Shown: positions 47,800-56,946 of the stretch, one piece after another
How positions within the stretch are numbered: position 1 is the first letter of the stretch
Layout of the letters: every line of letters begins with the position of its first letter
Origin: a virus
Taxonomy: Duplodnaviria; Caudoviricetes
IMG/VR virus record: IMGVR_UViG_3300023714_000001
Reading direction: 5' to 3' (one strand)
DNA length: 64,000 bases
Notes under the pieces: model-generated
What the model was told of the DNA's origin: nothing
Seen by the model: only the letters and a program-made list of their open reading frames with translations
The model's database searches: none
Position numbers and translations under genes: made by a program

Positions 47800-49188
47800 A
47801 TGCCATTAGCTCTTAGAGAAGTTGAAGGGTATGATGTAACGAATCCTACAGCCCCTATCAGCTCGGAAAAACTCAAAGAATGGTTTGAGAAGTGCAAGAA
47901 CTTTAAAGAGTCCGAGCATACCGCAAAACCGGATGGTTTTTTCACGGCCTGTATTGAAGCCATTCACGGCGATACACCGACCAGAAATTACACGCGGTAT
48001 ATGACGAGCAGTTTCAAGAAGGCAATTCCAACATGGACCTCGCCTTATCCTGTCCCTAACATTATGTATCACAACGATTATAACGGTGAAGTTGTTGGGC
48101 GGATTATCGAGGCCAAACAGGGAGATTCAAAAAGACTCCCTGGAGCCCAGGCACTTATCCTCACATCTGCCATCCCGGAATGGAAAGACAAGGAAAAGGT
48201 TCAAAATGGGCTTTACAGTACGGTTTCTATTGGTGTTTCCGCAACAGATGTCCGTTGCAGTATCTGCGGCGCTCAGCTAAGTGAAGGCGATTTTTGTGAA
48301 CACCAGCGTGGGTATACTTACAAAAACGAAGAAACCGGTAAGAAAGAAACCTGCTATTGGGACGTCTATGAATGGGAAGCAAAGGAAATTTCGTTTGTCA
48401 TTGTACCGTCCGACAAATACGCAGGAATTGTATCCTACTCCTACAATTATGCATCAGATGATGAGTCTACAACGGAAACTGAAAAACCAAAAGGCACGCC
48501 TCCGGCAAGAAAATGGAGGATGTCCGGCTCAGAAGATAACGATGCTTCAAATACAAATAAAATGACTGAATCGCAGAATTCCGACAGTCTGTTACCACCA
48601 CCAACAGCTAAGCAGGAATCAGAAGGAGAGAAAACATTGAACATTCAGGAAGCAGAACAGAAAATCGCTTCTCTTGAAACGGAAGCGAAAGCCCTGAAAG
48701 GGGATGCTGTTGTTCTTCAGGAAAAAGTTGACGCTTTGAACAAGGACAAAGTTTCCCTGCAGGAATCTATCGCAGAGATGAAAACTGCCGTTGAGGAAAA
48801 AGACCTCGCATTGAATCATGAAAAACAGTTGCGCGAAGCCGCTGAAAGCAAAGTCGAAGGCCTGGAAAAAGAAGTAAAGGTTAGCCTTGCTGAATCCCTG
48901 GCTACGCTGCGCGAAAAGGCTGGTAAGCCCGCAATCGAAAAGCTTGCAGACCGCTCGATTGATTCCCTGCGCGATGCAATTACTGATATCAAGGCTGAGC
49001 TGAAAGAAGCTGCCGACAAGGCTGCTAAAGAAGCAAAAACTGCCGAAGAAGCCAAGGCTGCTGAAGAAGCAAAAAAAGCCAAGGGCTCTGTCAAAGAAAA
49101 TACGTTGAAGGAATCGGAAGAGACTCCGGGTGCAAACGTAGCTGAAGAAGCAAAGTCCCCCGCTGTTGCCGAAGACTTTGATCTTTAA
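47800..49188 (+). CDS. Prohead protease fused to coiled-coil scaffold
   Basis: YHND...VGRI, TVSIG, CSICG...CEH.RG, EISFVIVPSD; long coiled-coil C-terminus. Confidence 0.85.
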   Translation: MPLALREVEGYDVTNPTAPISSEKLKEWFEKCKNFKESEHTAKPDGFFTACIEAIHGDTPTRNYTRYMTSSFKKAIPTWTSPYPVPNIMYHNDYNGEVVGRIIEAKQGDSKRLPGAQALILTSAIPEWKDKEKVQNGLYSTVSIGVSATDVRCSICGAQLSEGDFCEHQRGYTYKNEETGKKETCYWDVYEWEAKEISFVIVPSDKYAGIVSYSYNYASDDESTTETEKPKGTPPARKWRMSGSEDNDASNTNKMTESQNSDSLLPPPTAKQESEGEKTLNIQEAEQKIASLETEAKALKGDAVVLQEKVDALNKDKVSLQESIAEMKTAVEEKDLALNHEKQLREAAESKVEGLEKEVKVSLAESLATLREKAGKPAIEKLADRSIDSLRDAITDIKAELKEAADKAAKEAKTAEEAKAAEEAKKAKGSVKENTLKESEETPGANVAEEAKSPAVAEDFDL

Positions 49189-49208
49189 TCAGGGAGGACA
49201 TTTATAAA

Positions 49209-50855
49209 ATGGCTTTATATCCTACTTCTATGGAAACTCGTTATAAGCTGCAGCCGGGTGGCCGTGGCGAAGTATTTGTTGCTGATCAGCCGGGTTACCG
49301 CGATGGCGCTGCTCGCATCAACCGCACGCAGAACAACATGAGTGAAGCCCCGCACGAGGCACTCACTGGTAAATACATTCTGGATAAGCGTCTGCCGGCA
49401 CAGTTTAAGTATGGCTTTGCTGTTGGCTACAACAATATGGTTATTACAAAAGGCCGTATCGTAGCAGCAGACCCGTACATGGATCGTCAGGACTGGACCA
49501 CGGACCGTCAGTTCAATGTATTGACTCTGGCAAATGGTGGCGCACTGGTTCGCCTGCGTAAAGAAGGCGACGTATATCCGACGAAGGATACGTTGATTTC
49601 TGAAGAATCTCGCGGTGGCAAAGTTGCTGGTATTGGTTTGAACTGGATCCCGGTTGAAGGCATGGAAGAAACCTGGGGCGAAGGCGTATATCGCGCTTGT
49701 AAAACTTCCGGCTCTGCACAGCTCGAAGCTGCTAGTATGGGCATTGATGTTGAACACACCGGCAAGGTTGTTGAAAATGCGGAAAAAGCTACCGACGGCA
49801 CGGTTGTTGGTGGTAAAGTTACGGATGATGTTCGTGCTGCTAACGTTCCCCTTGGTATGCTGGGCAAGAACCAGTACACCCAGTTTAACGACGACAGCAT
49901 GGACGGCATGATTCCTGGCCCGATTCTCACGGATAAGATTGTTGAACTCCCGTACTTCCAGTTCAAGGACAAGGCAGAAAAGCAGCCTTGGGGTGCTATC
50001 TACGGTACGCTGAAAGTCGGCGACCTGGTTAAGTCTGATGAAAATGGCCGCTTGGTTGTATCTCCGCTGTCTTATGATGTTGCTCTCGATACGATGACTG
50101 CCGCAGAAATCGAACGCGAACGCCAGCAGGTTGTTGGCCAGGTTATTTCCCTGTCCCATGATATGGTTCCCGAAGGGGGCTATGAACTCGCGCAGTGGGC
50201 TCTGGCCGACCGTCTGAAATACGAAGGGTTAAACCCAGAAATCTACACGCAGAATAATAGACCGGGAGAAGATGCAGTATCTGCTTCTGTATACCAGAGT
50301 ACTGGTCGTTACCCCGGCTATCCGTATGACAAAGCGTACAGCGAGCACGATCTGCATATGTTGGGTATGGGTGGCAACCACTATGACAAGTTTATGCCGC
50401 TCGAATATCAGCTCGATAATGGTATCCCGGGCCTGACCGATGGTCACAACGCCGTTGTTCGTGATTTTGAAAACAATCACGCAGCCGTAATCTTTGCTCG
50501 TAAAGACAACACGCAGCCGTATGTTCGTTCCGTAATCAAGGTTTGCCAGAATGGTAACTTTGAGGATGGTTCCTTGAAGGTACAGCTTGGCGATGGCGAT
50601 TTCATTGATGTTAACAGCCAGACTGTTAAGGGCGAGCCGCAGAAGCTCAACGATGCCTTCGCTGTTACGTACTACAACGCCGTTCAGGGGCTTGTATGCA
50701 TCGAAGTTGTTGATGAAGCGAAAGCTGACGAGATGCTGAAGGACAAAGAACTCGTTGTTAACCTGAAATACAAGAAGCGCGGCCTGAATGGTGTTCCGAC
50801 TTTTATGGATTGGGATGGCTGTGTAGGTAGTGCTAAGATTATGCTTCAGCGCTAA
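49209..50855 (+). CDS. Head decoration/structural protein
   Basis: Between scaffold and major capsid genes; highly biased codons; ITKGRIVA, LKVGDLVKSDENG. Confidence 0.7.
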   Translation: MALYPTSMETRYKLQPGGRGEVFVADQPGYRDGAARINRTQNNMSEAPHEALTGKYILDKRLPAQFKYGFAVGYNNMVITKGRIVAADPYMDRQDWTTDRQFNVLTLANGGALVRLRKEGDVYPTKDTLISEESRGGKVAGIGLNWIPVEGMEETWGEGVYRACKTSGSAQLEAASMGIDVEHTGKVVENAEKATDGTVVGGKVTDDVRAANVPLGMLGKNQYTQFNDDSMDGMIPGPILTDKIVELPYFQFKDKAEKQPWGAIYGTLKVGDLVKSDENGRLVVSPLSYDVALDTMTAAEIERERQQVVGQVISLSHDMVPEGGYELAQWALADRLKYEGLNPEIYTQNNRPGEDAVSASVYQSTGRYPGYPYDKAYSEHDLHMLGMGGNHYDKFMPLEYQLDNGIPGLTDGHNAVVRDFENNHAAVIFARKDNTQPYVRSVIKVCQNGNFEDGSLKVQLGDGDFIDVNSQTVKGEPQKLNDAFAVTYYNAVQGLVCIEVVDEAKADEMLKDKELVVNLKYKKRGLNGVPTFMDWDGCVGSAKIMLQR

Positions 50856-50878
50856 TAACACGGAGGTAAATAATAGTA

Positions 50879-52123
50879 ATGATTTCTCTTAACGAACGCC
50901 TCACGAAGGCTGAAAATAGAATTAAGGCTTTGAAGGAAAATGAAGCCGCAAAGAAAGCCGGCAAGCCGGCTGTTCACCAGATGAAGGGGGATGCTTCCCT
51001 GAAGGAAATGGAAGCATACAAAACCTTCCTGCAGCAGCTCAGTGGTAAGGATACGTCCAATAAAACCGCTCGTGTTACCCTGAACGAAATGCTGACATCC
51101 ACGGATATCATCGATATGATTCCGAAGGTAATTTCCGGCGAAATGATCGAAGCTGCTGAACCGCAGCTTCTGGCCGCAAATCTCTTTACAAAGATCCAGG
51201 CTCCGGGCAATGGCGTTACGATCGTTGTTCCTGTTGTTGGCGAAATCTATGTTCGTGAAGTTGCTGAAGGCGCACCGTTTGAAGAAACTGCTCCGGACAA
51301 TGCTACGCTCGAAAACAGCCGCCTGACTATCGACATCAAGAAGTACGGCTCCAAGGTCTCCATTACGGAAGAGGCTATGAGTGACTACACCTGGGATGTT
51401 CATGCTCTGACGATTCGTCAGATGGGCCGCGCATTTGCTCGCAACAAGGAAGAAAAGTGCTTCAAGGAATTCTCCAAGCATGGTCATATTGTTTTCGATA
51501 ACGCTATCCGCGATCAGCGTCCTGAAGCCGGCACGCATGGTCTGGACAAGAAGGGCAATGAAAACAATACCCTGTCTGTAGAAGACTTCCTGGAAATGAT
51601 GCTTGCTGCAATCACCAATAATCACACACCGACGGACTTCTTTGCTCATCCGTTGGTATGGACGATCTTTGCTGCTAATGGCATGGTTGGCGCTGGTATG
51701 AGCTTCGGCGCTCTTGGCGGTCAGAATGTAAACCCGAGTGGCGGTACGCAGGGTAGCCCGAACTTCTCTGGCTTGCAGAATAACATTGGCAACCAGCAGT
51801 TCATTCTTCGTCCGGAAGATGTACAGAACCGTCTGCCGATTCCTCTCACGGTTAACCTCACTCCGCAGGTTGCCTTCAATAAGGAACGCAAAGCATTTGA
51901 TTGCTACATCGTTGACCGCAACAATGTTGGTATCATTGCTCAGCGTCAGGAAATCACCATGGATAACTGGACGAATCCGGAACTCGATGTTCAGTTTATC
52001 AAGGCCAAGGAACGCTTTGGTGTTGGCATCCAGGATCATGGCCGTGGCATTATGGTTGCCCGCAACATTGCTGCCGAGAAATCCTATCCGGAAAGCCTCC
52101 CGGTTCGCGTTATTGCAGAATAA
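50879..52123 (+). CDS. Major capsid protein (HK97 fold)
   Basis: VAEGAPF, KKYGSKVSITEE, FFAHP, KERFGVG; followed by terminator. Confidence 0.9.
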   Translation: MISLNERLTKAENRIKALKENEAAKKAGKPAVHQMKGDASLKEMEAYKTFLQQLSGKDTSNKTARVTLNEMLTSTDIIDMIPKVISGEMIEAAEPQLLAANLFTKIQAPGNGVTIVVPVVGEIYVREVAEGAPFEETAPDNATLENSRLTIDIKKYGSKVSITEEAMSDYTWDVHALTIRQMGRAFARNKEEKCFKEFSKHGHIVFDNAIRDQRPEAGTHGLDKKGNENNTLSVEDFLEMMLAAITNNHTPTDFFAHPLVWTIFAANGMVGAGMSFGALGGQNVNPSGGTQGSPNFSGLQNNIGNQQFILRPEDVQNRLPIPLTVNLTPQVAFNKERKAFDCYIVDRNNVGIIAQRQEITMDNWTNPELDVQFIKAKERFGVGIQDHGRGIMVARNIAAEKSYPESLPVRVIAE

Positions 52124-52154
52124 TATCTGCTCTAATTTCCGGGTTAATCATATC

Positions 52155-52183
52155 AAGAGGCAGTCATTTGACTGCCTCTTTTT
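52155..52183 (+). terminator. Intrinsic terminator after the major capsid gene
   Basis: AAGAGGCAGTCA-TT-TGACTGCCTCTTTTT. Confidence 0.85.
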
Positions 52184-52245
52184 AATTAAGGGAAATCCTT
52201 TGGTAATAGCGGCAAATGTAGAGACTAAAACAACCGGAGGATTTT

Positions 52246-52635
52246 ATGGGTAAAAAATATACCGAAGCGGAAATTGAAAGAATACAGAACGAGCTATCCA
52301 ATCAGGTAGAGAAAGAAAATGACTTTTTAACTGAGATTGAACAGCTCTCAGAGTCAATTGCTCACCGTCTTGTACAGGGGCGCCATACAAGGGAACGTTT
52401 CCTAGACACAGACTTTATCTTCAATCTGAGATATGACGATGTGCGAAAAATTATCTATGTAATGAGAACTGATCCTGTAAAACTGGCAATTGGTATGGGG
52501 CACTACAGGCCCGCAATTTTTGCAGAAGAATACAACGAAAACCTGACCATGGATGAAAATGTTTACATTGCTGTTAAGGCAGCGTTATGCTCCAAGGCGG
52601 GAATTATAAATGTCGACGAAGCAGGTAACGACTAA
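52246..52635 (+). CDS. Hypothetical late protein
   Basis: GGAGG RBS; GGTAATA upstream. Confidence 0.75.
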   Translation: MGKKYTEAEIERIQNELSNQVEKENDFLTEIEQLSESIAHRLVQGRHTRERFLDTDFIFNLRYDDVRKIIYVMRTDPVKLAIGMGHYRPAIFAEEYNENLTMDENVYIAVKAALCSKAGIINVDEAGND

Positions 52636-52653
52636 CGGAGGTTTTTATAAATT

Positions 52654-53256
52654 ATGGCAAATGTAATCGCTCGAGTAAAACTGGCTCCCGGCGAAACGGG
52701 TTTCTTTGACAGCTCGACAAACACGTATCTTAACTGGAGTCATCCGGTAGCAGATATCGAACTTGGTTCCGACCTGAAATCTTTGCGGGCTGCAGTAAAG
52801 GCCAAAAAGATTTCAGTTATCGAAGGGTCTCTTGGACAGAAGAAAACCTTTAAACAGGTTTTGATGGAAGCGAAAAGTAAGCGCACCGGACAGCCCCTCG
52901 AGGAATTAATGGGAGACACACCGTTGGCCTTTGAACCGACTGAAATTATTGGCAGCGATAATAAAACGGACGGCAAGGCTGCAGTGACAAAAACTACGCT
53001 TGATATTAAGCCGGACAAAGAACTTGTTGAACAGGCAGTAACTGAAAGCAAGGTTGCCGCCGAAACAGTAAAGAAGACTGTAAAGGCAGCAGATACAAAA
53101 GTTGAAGAAGCCTCCGCAGCTGAACCGGTAGAAGATAAGGCGAAAGAGCCTGAGGAGAAGGCTGCACCTAAGAAGAAAACCACCAGCAAGAAAAAGTCAA
53201 CCAAAAAGGTTGATGAAGAAGCTGCGGTTGAAGCTGAGGAAAAAACAGACAAGTAA
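52654..53256 (+). CDS. Virion-associated protein with Lys/Glu/Ala-rich tail
   Basis: GGAGGT RBS; structural operon. Confidence 0.7.
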   Translation: MANVIARVKLAPGETGFFDSSTNTYLNWSHPVADIELGSDLKSLRAAVKAKKISVIEGSLGQKKTFKQVLMEAKSKRTGQPLEELMGDTPLAFEPTEIIGSDNKTDGKAAVTKTTLDIKPDKELVEQAVTESKVAAETVKKTVKAADTKVEEASAAEPVEDKAKEPEEKAAPKKKTTSKKKSTKKVDEEAAVEAEEKTDK

Positions 53257-53272
53257 AGGACAGGTGTAAATC

Positions 53273-54091
53273 TTGTATCAAAAGTTTACCGTGGAGTCGG
53301 TGCGCGTATTTGAGGCCGACCACCTAATAAAAATCGGTTTTACCTTTGATGTGGATGAAGACTCTGTTACTGAAACCTCGGTTTATCTAACACTGAAAAA
53401 CGGGGATATAAACCCCATTACAATGTCTAAAGTAACCGTGGATGGCCCCACGGTTACTTTAGAATATGAGTCTCTACAGGTAAATACCGATTATGAAATT
53501 GTCGTCACTAAAGATGTCCGCTCTATTATGGAAGATGAGCTGGCTATTGAATTTAAGAAAAGGATACGTCTAAACTCTCGCGTAGATAGCATAGTTAACA
53601 TTATCGCCCCTATTGATTATGAGGAATTGGAAAAGCCACATTTTTTGTTTTCTGAAGAAAAGGGCAAAAGCGGCAAGGCGTTTAATCGCTTCAGAATTCA
53701 AGTGGCGCCAGATTATGGCTTCTTAAACGTGATCTACGATACAGTTATTGAGTCGAGGAATGAAATAACGCTTTCGGGCCTCAAGGCGAATCCACAATAT
53801 TTTGTCAGAATGCGTGTTGAAGCTAATGACAATGAATATGGCAATTGGACAAAAGGCAGAACTTTTACGTTAAAGGGCGAGCCAGAGCCAGATTACACAG
53901 TACCAACAACAAACAACCCCAAAAAGCCGGAAGATTGTGACGATGTTGTATTTGAAGATGATTTTGAGATTATTGGCTATCCGGAAAACGGTATAACGCC
54001 TGATGGTAGTTTTATCATTGAGTTTGACGGGGACATTGATACGTCGTCCATCGATATTGCAAATATCGTCCTTACAAGAAAGCAGGTGTGA
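53273..54091 (+). CDS. Ig-like/FN3-domain structural protein
   Basis: IKIGFTFDVDEDSV...LQVNTDYEIVV (Big-like); YFVRMRVE...GNW (FN3-like). Confidence 0.7.
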   Translation: MYQKFTVESVRVFEADHLIKIGFTFDVDEDSVTETSVYLTLKNGDINPITMSKVTVDGPTVTLEYESLQVNTDYEIVVTKDVRSIMEDELAIEFKKRIRLNSRVDSIVNIIAPIDYEELEKPHFLFSEEKGKSGKAFNRFRIQVAPDYGFLNVIYDTVIESRNEITLSGLKANPQYFVRMRVEANDNEYGNWTKGRTFTLKGEPEPDYTVPTTNNPKKPEDCDDVVFEDDFEIIGYPENGITPDGSFIIEFDGDIDTSSIDIANIVLTRKQV

Positions 54092-54092
54092 T

Positions 54093-54767
54093 GTGGAGCG
54101 AGTCAATTTTTCTTATCGAGTATTTGACAACTGTCTGGAGATTATCCCGGATGGCGGCATTAAAAATAATAGCATCTATAAGCTGACATTGAAAAACATT
54201 CGATCCGCTGAAGGACATAAGGTGCTTGACAAACAGAGTCTTGAGATTACAACAGCCATGACACCAGCATATTGCAGCGTTGATGCTATTCGTACTCTCG
54301 TGGATGTATTTGATATATCCGAATCGACAATCTTATTTCAAATTCGCCAAGCCAGTAAGGAAGCTGACTTTATCTGGCGCTCTGTTTATAACAAACCAAT
54401 AACTCGCGATGCGGACGGCAACTATCCGTTTCCTGTCGAAAAATTTACAGAGGTGCGCGCAAGTCAACTCGCATTGACAAGGGCATACATTACTGGCACA
54501 TCTGAAAGCGGACTTGAGGGGACGCTGGGCAAGATCACTTTTAAGAACGGCGAAGAGCTCGGAAATATCCGAAAGTTGATAGATTCCCTAAAGGCCGAAG
54601 CTGATAAATGGCAGGATGCTATCCGGGGATATGTCTTTGACGGCAGAAATAAACCGGCATTTGCTCTGCGCGGCAATCATTCTTTGCGTGCTACGCCAGC
54701 TGCGGTTATTCTTAGGAATTACAATCGTGACGGTAACATGGGCTTGAAGGGAGGATATGTCATTTAA
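54093..54767 (+). CDS. Head-tail adaptor-like protein
   Basis: GTG start after AGGTG; PAYCSVDAIR...IRQASKEAD adaptor-like helices. Confidence 0.6.
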   Translation: MERVNFSYRVFDNCLEIIPDGGIKNNSIYKLTLKNIRSAEGHKVLDKQSLEITTAMTPAYCSVDAIRTLVDVFDISESTILFQIRQASKEADFIWRSVYNKPITRDADGNYPFPVEKFTEVRASQLALTRAYITGTSESGLEGTLGKITFKNGEELGNIRKLIDSLKAEADKWQDAIRGYVFDGRNKPAFALRGNHSLRATPAAVILRNYNRDGNMGLKGGYVI

Positions 54768-55228
54768 TGTTAGATCCCAGCTTCAATAAAAAAATTCGAG
54801 CAATCATCCATAAATTGGAATACCCAATGTATGTTGTTATCCGTGATAAGTCTATGTATTGTCCGTGTCGCGATGCAAATGACACGCCAGATCCAGACTG
54901 CCCAAAATGCTTGGGGACGGGAAATAAAATAAAAATCAAAAAGATAACCGGTGTTATGGAACCGGACGAAGTATCTCTGCGTCTTGAAGGACAGCAGCAG
55001 GCAGCTCCGTCAAACTATTATTATTTTGATGCAGAAAAAGTTCCGAAAGAAACGGTGCTTGCTGGCAATATTATTGTTCGCGAAGATGAAGCAGATATCT
55101 TGCAAGGGGCAAAGAAGTTCCGTTCAGACTCTAATAAGGTCATTTATTACTACGAAGAGGCAGTCCCGATAAAATCCAACATAAAACTCTTCTTAAAGAA
55201 TTTCTACAATCTGGTGAGGGCGAAATGA
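54767..55228 (+). CDS. Head closure/neck protein
   Basis: CPC...DPDCPKCLGTG motif; position. Confidence 0.6.
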   Translation: MLDPSFNKKIRAIIHKLEYPMYVVIRDKSMYCPCRDANDTPDPDCPKCLGTGNKIKIKKITGVMEPDEVSLRLEGQQQAAPSNYYYFDAEKVPKETVLAGNIIVREDEADILQGAKKFRSDSNKVIYYYEEAVPIKSNIKLFLKNFYNLVRAK

Positions 55229-56244
55229 TTACAAGCATAAAAGAGATCGACCGGCATAAATCAGTTCTCCTTATTGGTATTGGCGCAACAAATAAATATC
55301 TGCACGACATTGTAAAGCCGGAAAGAGTATCTGAAGCTCGAGAAGTTTTTGGAGACAGTGACCTTGTAGATTCATACGAGCTTTTGGTGAGAGGCAATGA
55401 AGATAAGGACATCTTCATTATGAACATTGAGGTTATGACAGACTATCTTGATATCGCGCCGCTTGTATCTAGTTACGAGTTTTCCTATGTAGTTCCTATT
55501 GATGTCGGCATATCGAATTTTTTTTACGATCCCAACCGGGACGGTAAGAAAACTTTCTATATCCAACATTTAATGGAATCATTGCCGGAAGAAAATAAGA
55601 CGGTATTTCTGGTTACCGACACACATGCCAGTTTATATCAGGACATGGACCAATTTCTGGAAAGCATGAATTATCGCGAGCAGGAGTTTAAGAATAGCGT
55701 CCAGTTTAAGAAAACAAAAAGACACGCTTTGTTCGTGGCCAACAATCTGGACAACATTGCGTACGGCAACGTAGAGTTATGCCGCATGATCCTGCTTACC
55801 GATATAAACGAATATCCTGCAGATAGCGGCGAGCTTCACGCGATTTTTAGTCTTGACTTTAACGACAATGTAAGTAGTATGGCCTACTTCAAGACTCATG
55901 CCGACAAAACTACGTCAGTAGAAAATCTACTTAACTTTGATGATGAAGAAGAGCCAACAAAAATATTCTTTATTTATAGGATTTGTCTTTACATTGCAAA
56001 AGAGCTGGATTTTACCGATTATATCGGCTCAAAGTACATCTCTTACAAGAAGCAGCGCATTGCTGCTATAGTATCGGATTACCTTGGAAAGTTGGTCGGC
56101 TATATATTAACTGGTTATCAAATCAACGAGTGCTTTGCAAAAGAAAACCCTGAACATCCGGGTACTGTCGACATCATCTTAAAGTACTCCATTCAGCCCA
56201 TTGGGTGTGCAGAGCGCTTTATTACAAGAACATTGAGGATTTAA
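55225..56244 (+). CDS. Tail sheath-related protein
   Basis: SEAREVFGDSDL sheath-like N-terminus; C-terminal VDIILKYSIQPIG. Confidence 0.5.
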   Translation: MITSIKEIDRHKSVLLIGIGATNKYLHDIVKPERVSEAREVFGDSDLVDSYELLVRGNEDKDIFIMNIEVMTDYLDIAPLVSSYEFSYVVPIDVGISNFFYDPNRDGKKTFYIQHLMESLPEENKTVFLVTDTHASLYQDMDQFLESMNYREQEFKNSVQFKKTKRHALFVANNLDNIAYGNVELCRMILLTDINEYPADSGELHAIFSLDFNDNVSSMAYFKTHADKTTSVENLLNFDDEEEPTKIFFIYRICLYIAKELDFTDYIGSKYISYKKQRIAAIVSDYLGKLVGYILTGYQINECFAKENPEHPGTVDIILKYSIQPIGCAERFITRTLRI

Positions 56245-56247
56245 AAC

Positions 56248-56925
56248 ATGATAGAAACATTCGATAGTAAGGTCCACAGTACAGATGCTTTTGAGCAAAT
56301 GCTGCAGCGACGCGAAAACAGCCGTCGCAGAAACGAAGTGCAAGGGCAACGAATCCTAAAAACAGATACCGATTATTCCAGAGCCGAAAAGGGCGCATCA
56401 ATGAACGACTTCTTTGAGTTAGTTAAGAAGATGGTTTTGCGAGGATTAAAGAAGTATAAGGTTGAGATTGTTCCTAATGACGGCCCCCGCAGAGTCCTTG
56501 ATCCGGCTGAAAAAATCGACCACCCAATCATTTATTACAAAGTTGTCTCACGAGTCCCTCGTGATAAAAACTATAAGCCGAGGTTCCGCGAAGACATTTA
56601 TGACAAAAATCCCGACGGAAGCGAACTTCGTCAGGGTGCAATATATGGGCAATTTTTTGATTGTGAAATTCAGTTTGACATTATTGCTAGTGATTACAGT
56701 ACTGCAGACACGGTAATGAATGCTTTTGAAGATGCAATGCAAAAGTATGCTGGTTTCTTTAAAAGAAACGGTGTAAGTGAAGTCTTATTTGCAAAACAGT
56801 TTACTGATGAAAACCTTGATATCTACCGGCAAAAAATGTCAGTAAGATCTTTGGTTTATGACGTAGCTATCGAGCGTATCCGGCTTGCTTACGACACAAC
56901 AATTATGGAAATCACTCAATCTTAA
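56248..56925 (+). CDS. Tail completion/terminator protein
   Basis: YGQFFDCEIQFDIIA...AD...FED; upstream of sheath. Confidence 0.6.
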   Translation: MIETFDSKVHSTDAFEQMLQRRENSRRRNEVQGQRILKTDTDYSRAEKGASMNDFFELVKKMVLRGLKKYKVEIVPNDGPRRVLDPAEKIDHPIIYYKVVSRVPRDKNYKPRFREDIYDKNPDGSELRQGAIYGQFFDCEIQFDIIASDYSTADTVMNAFEDAMQKYAGFFKRNGVSEVLFAKQFTDENLDIYRQKMSVRSLVYDVAIERIRLAYDTTIMEITQS

Positions 56926-56946
56926 TCTAATCATGGAGGTACTCTA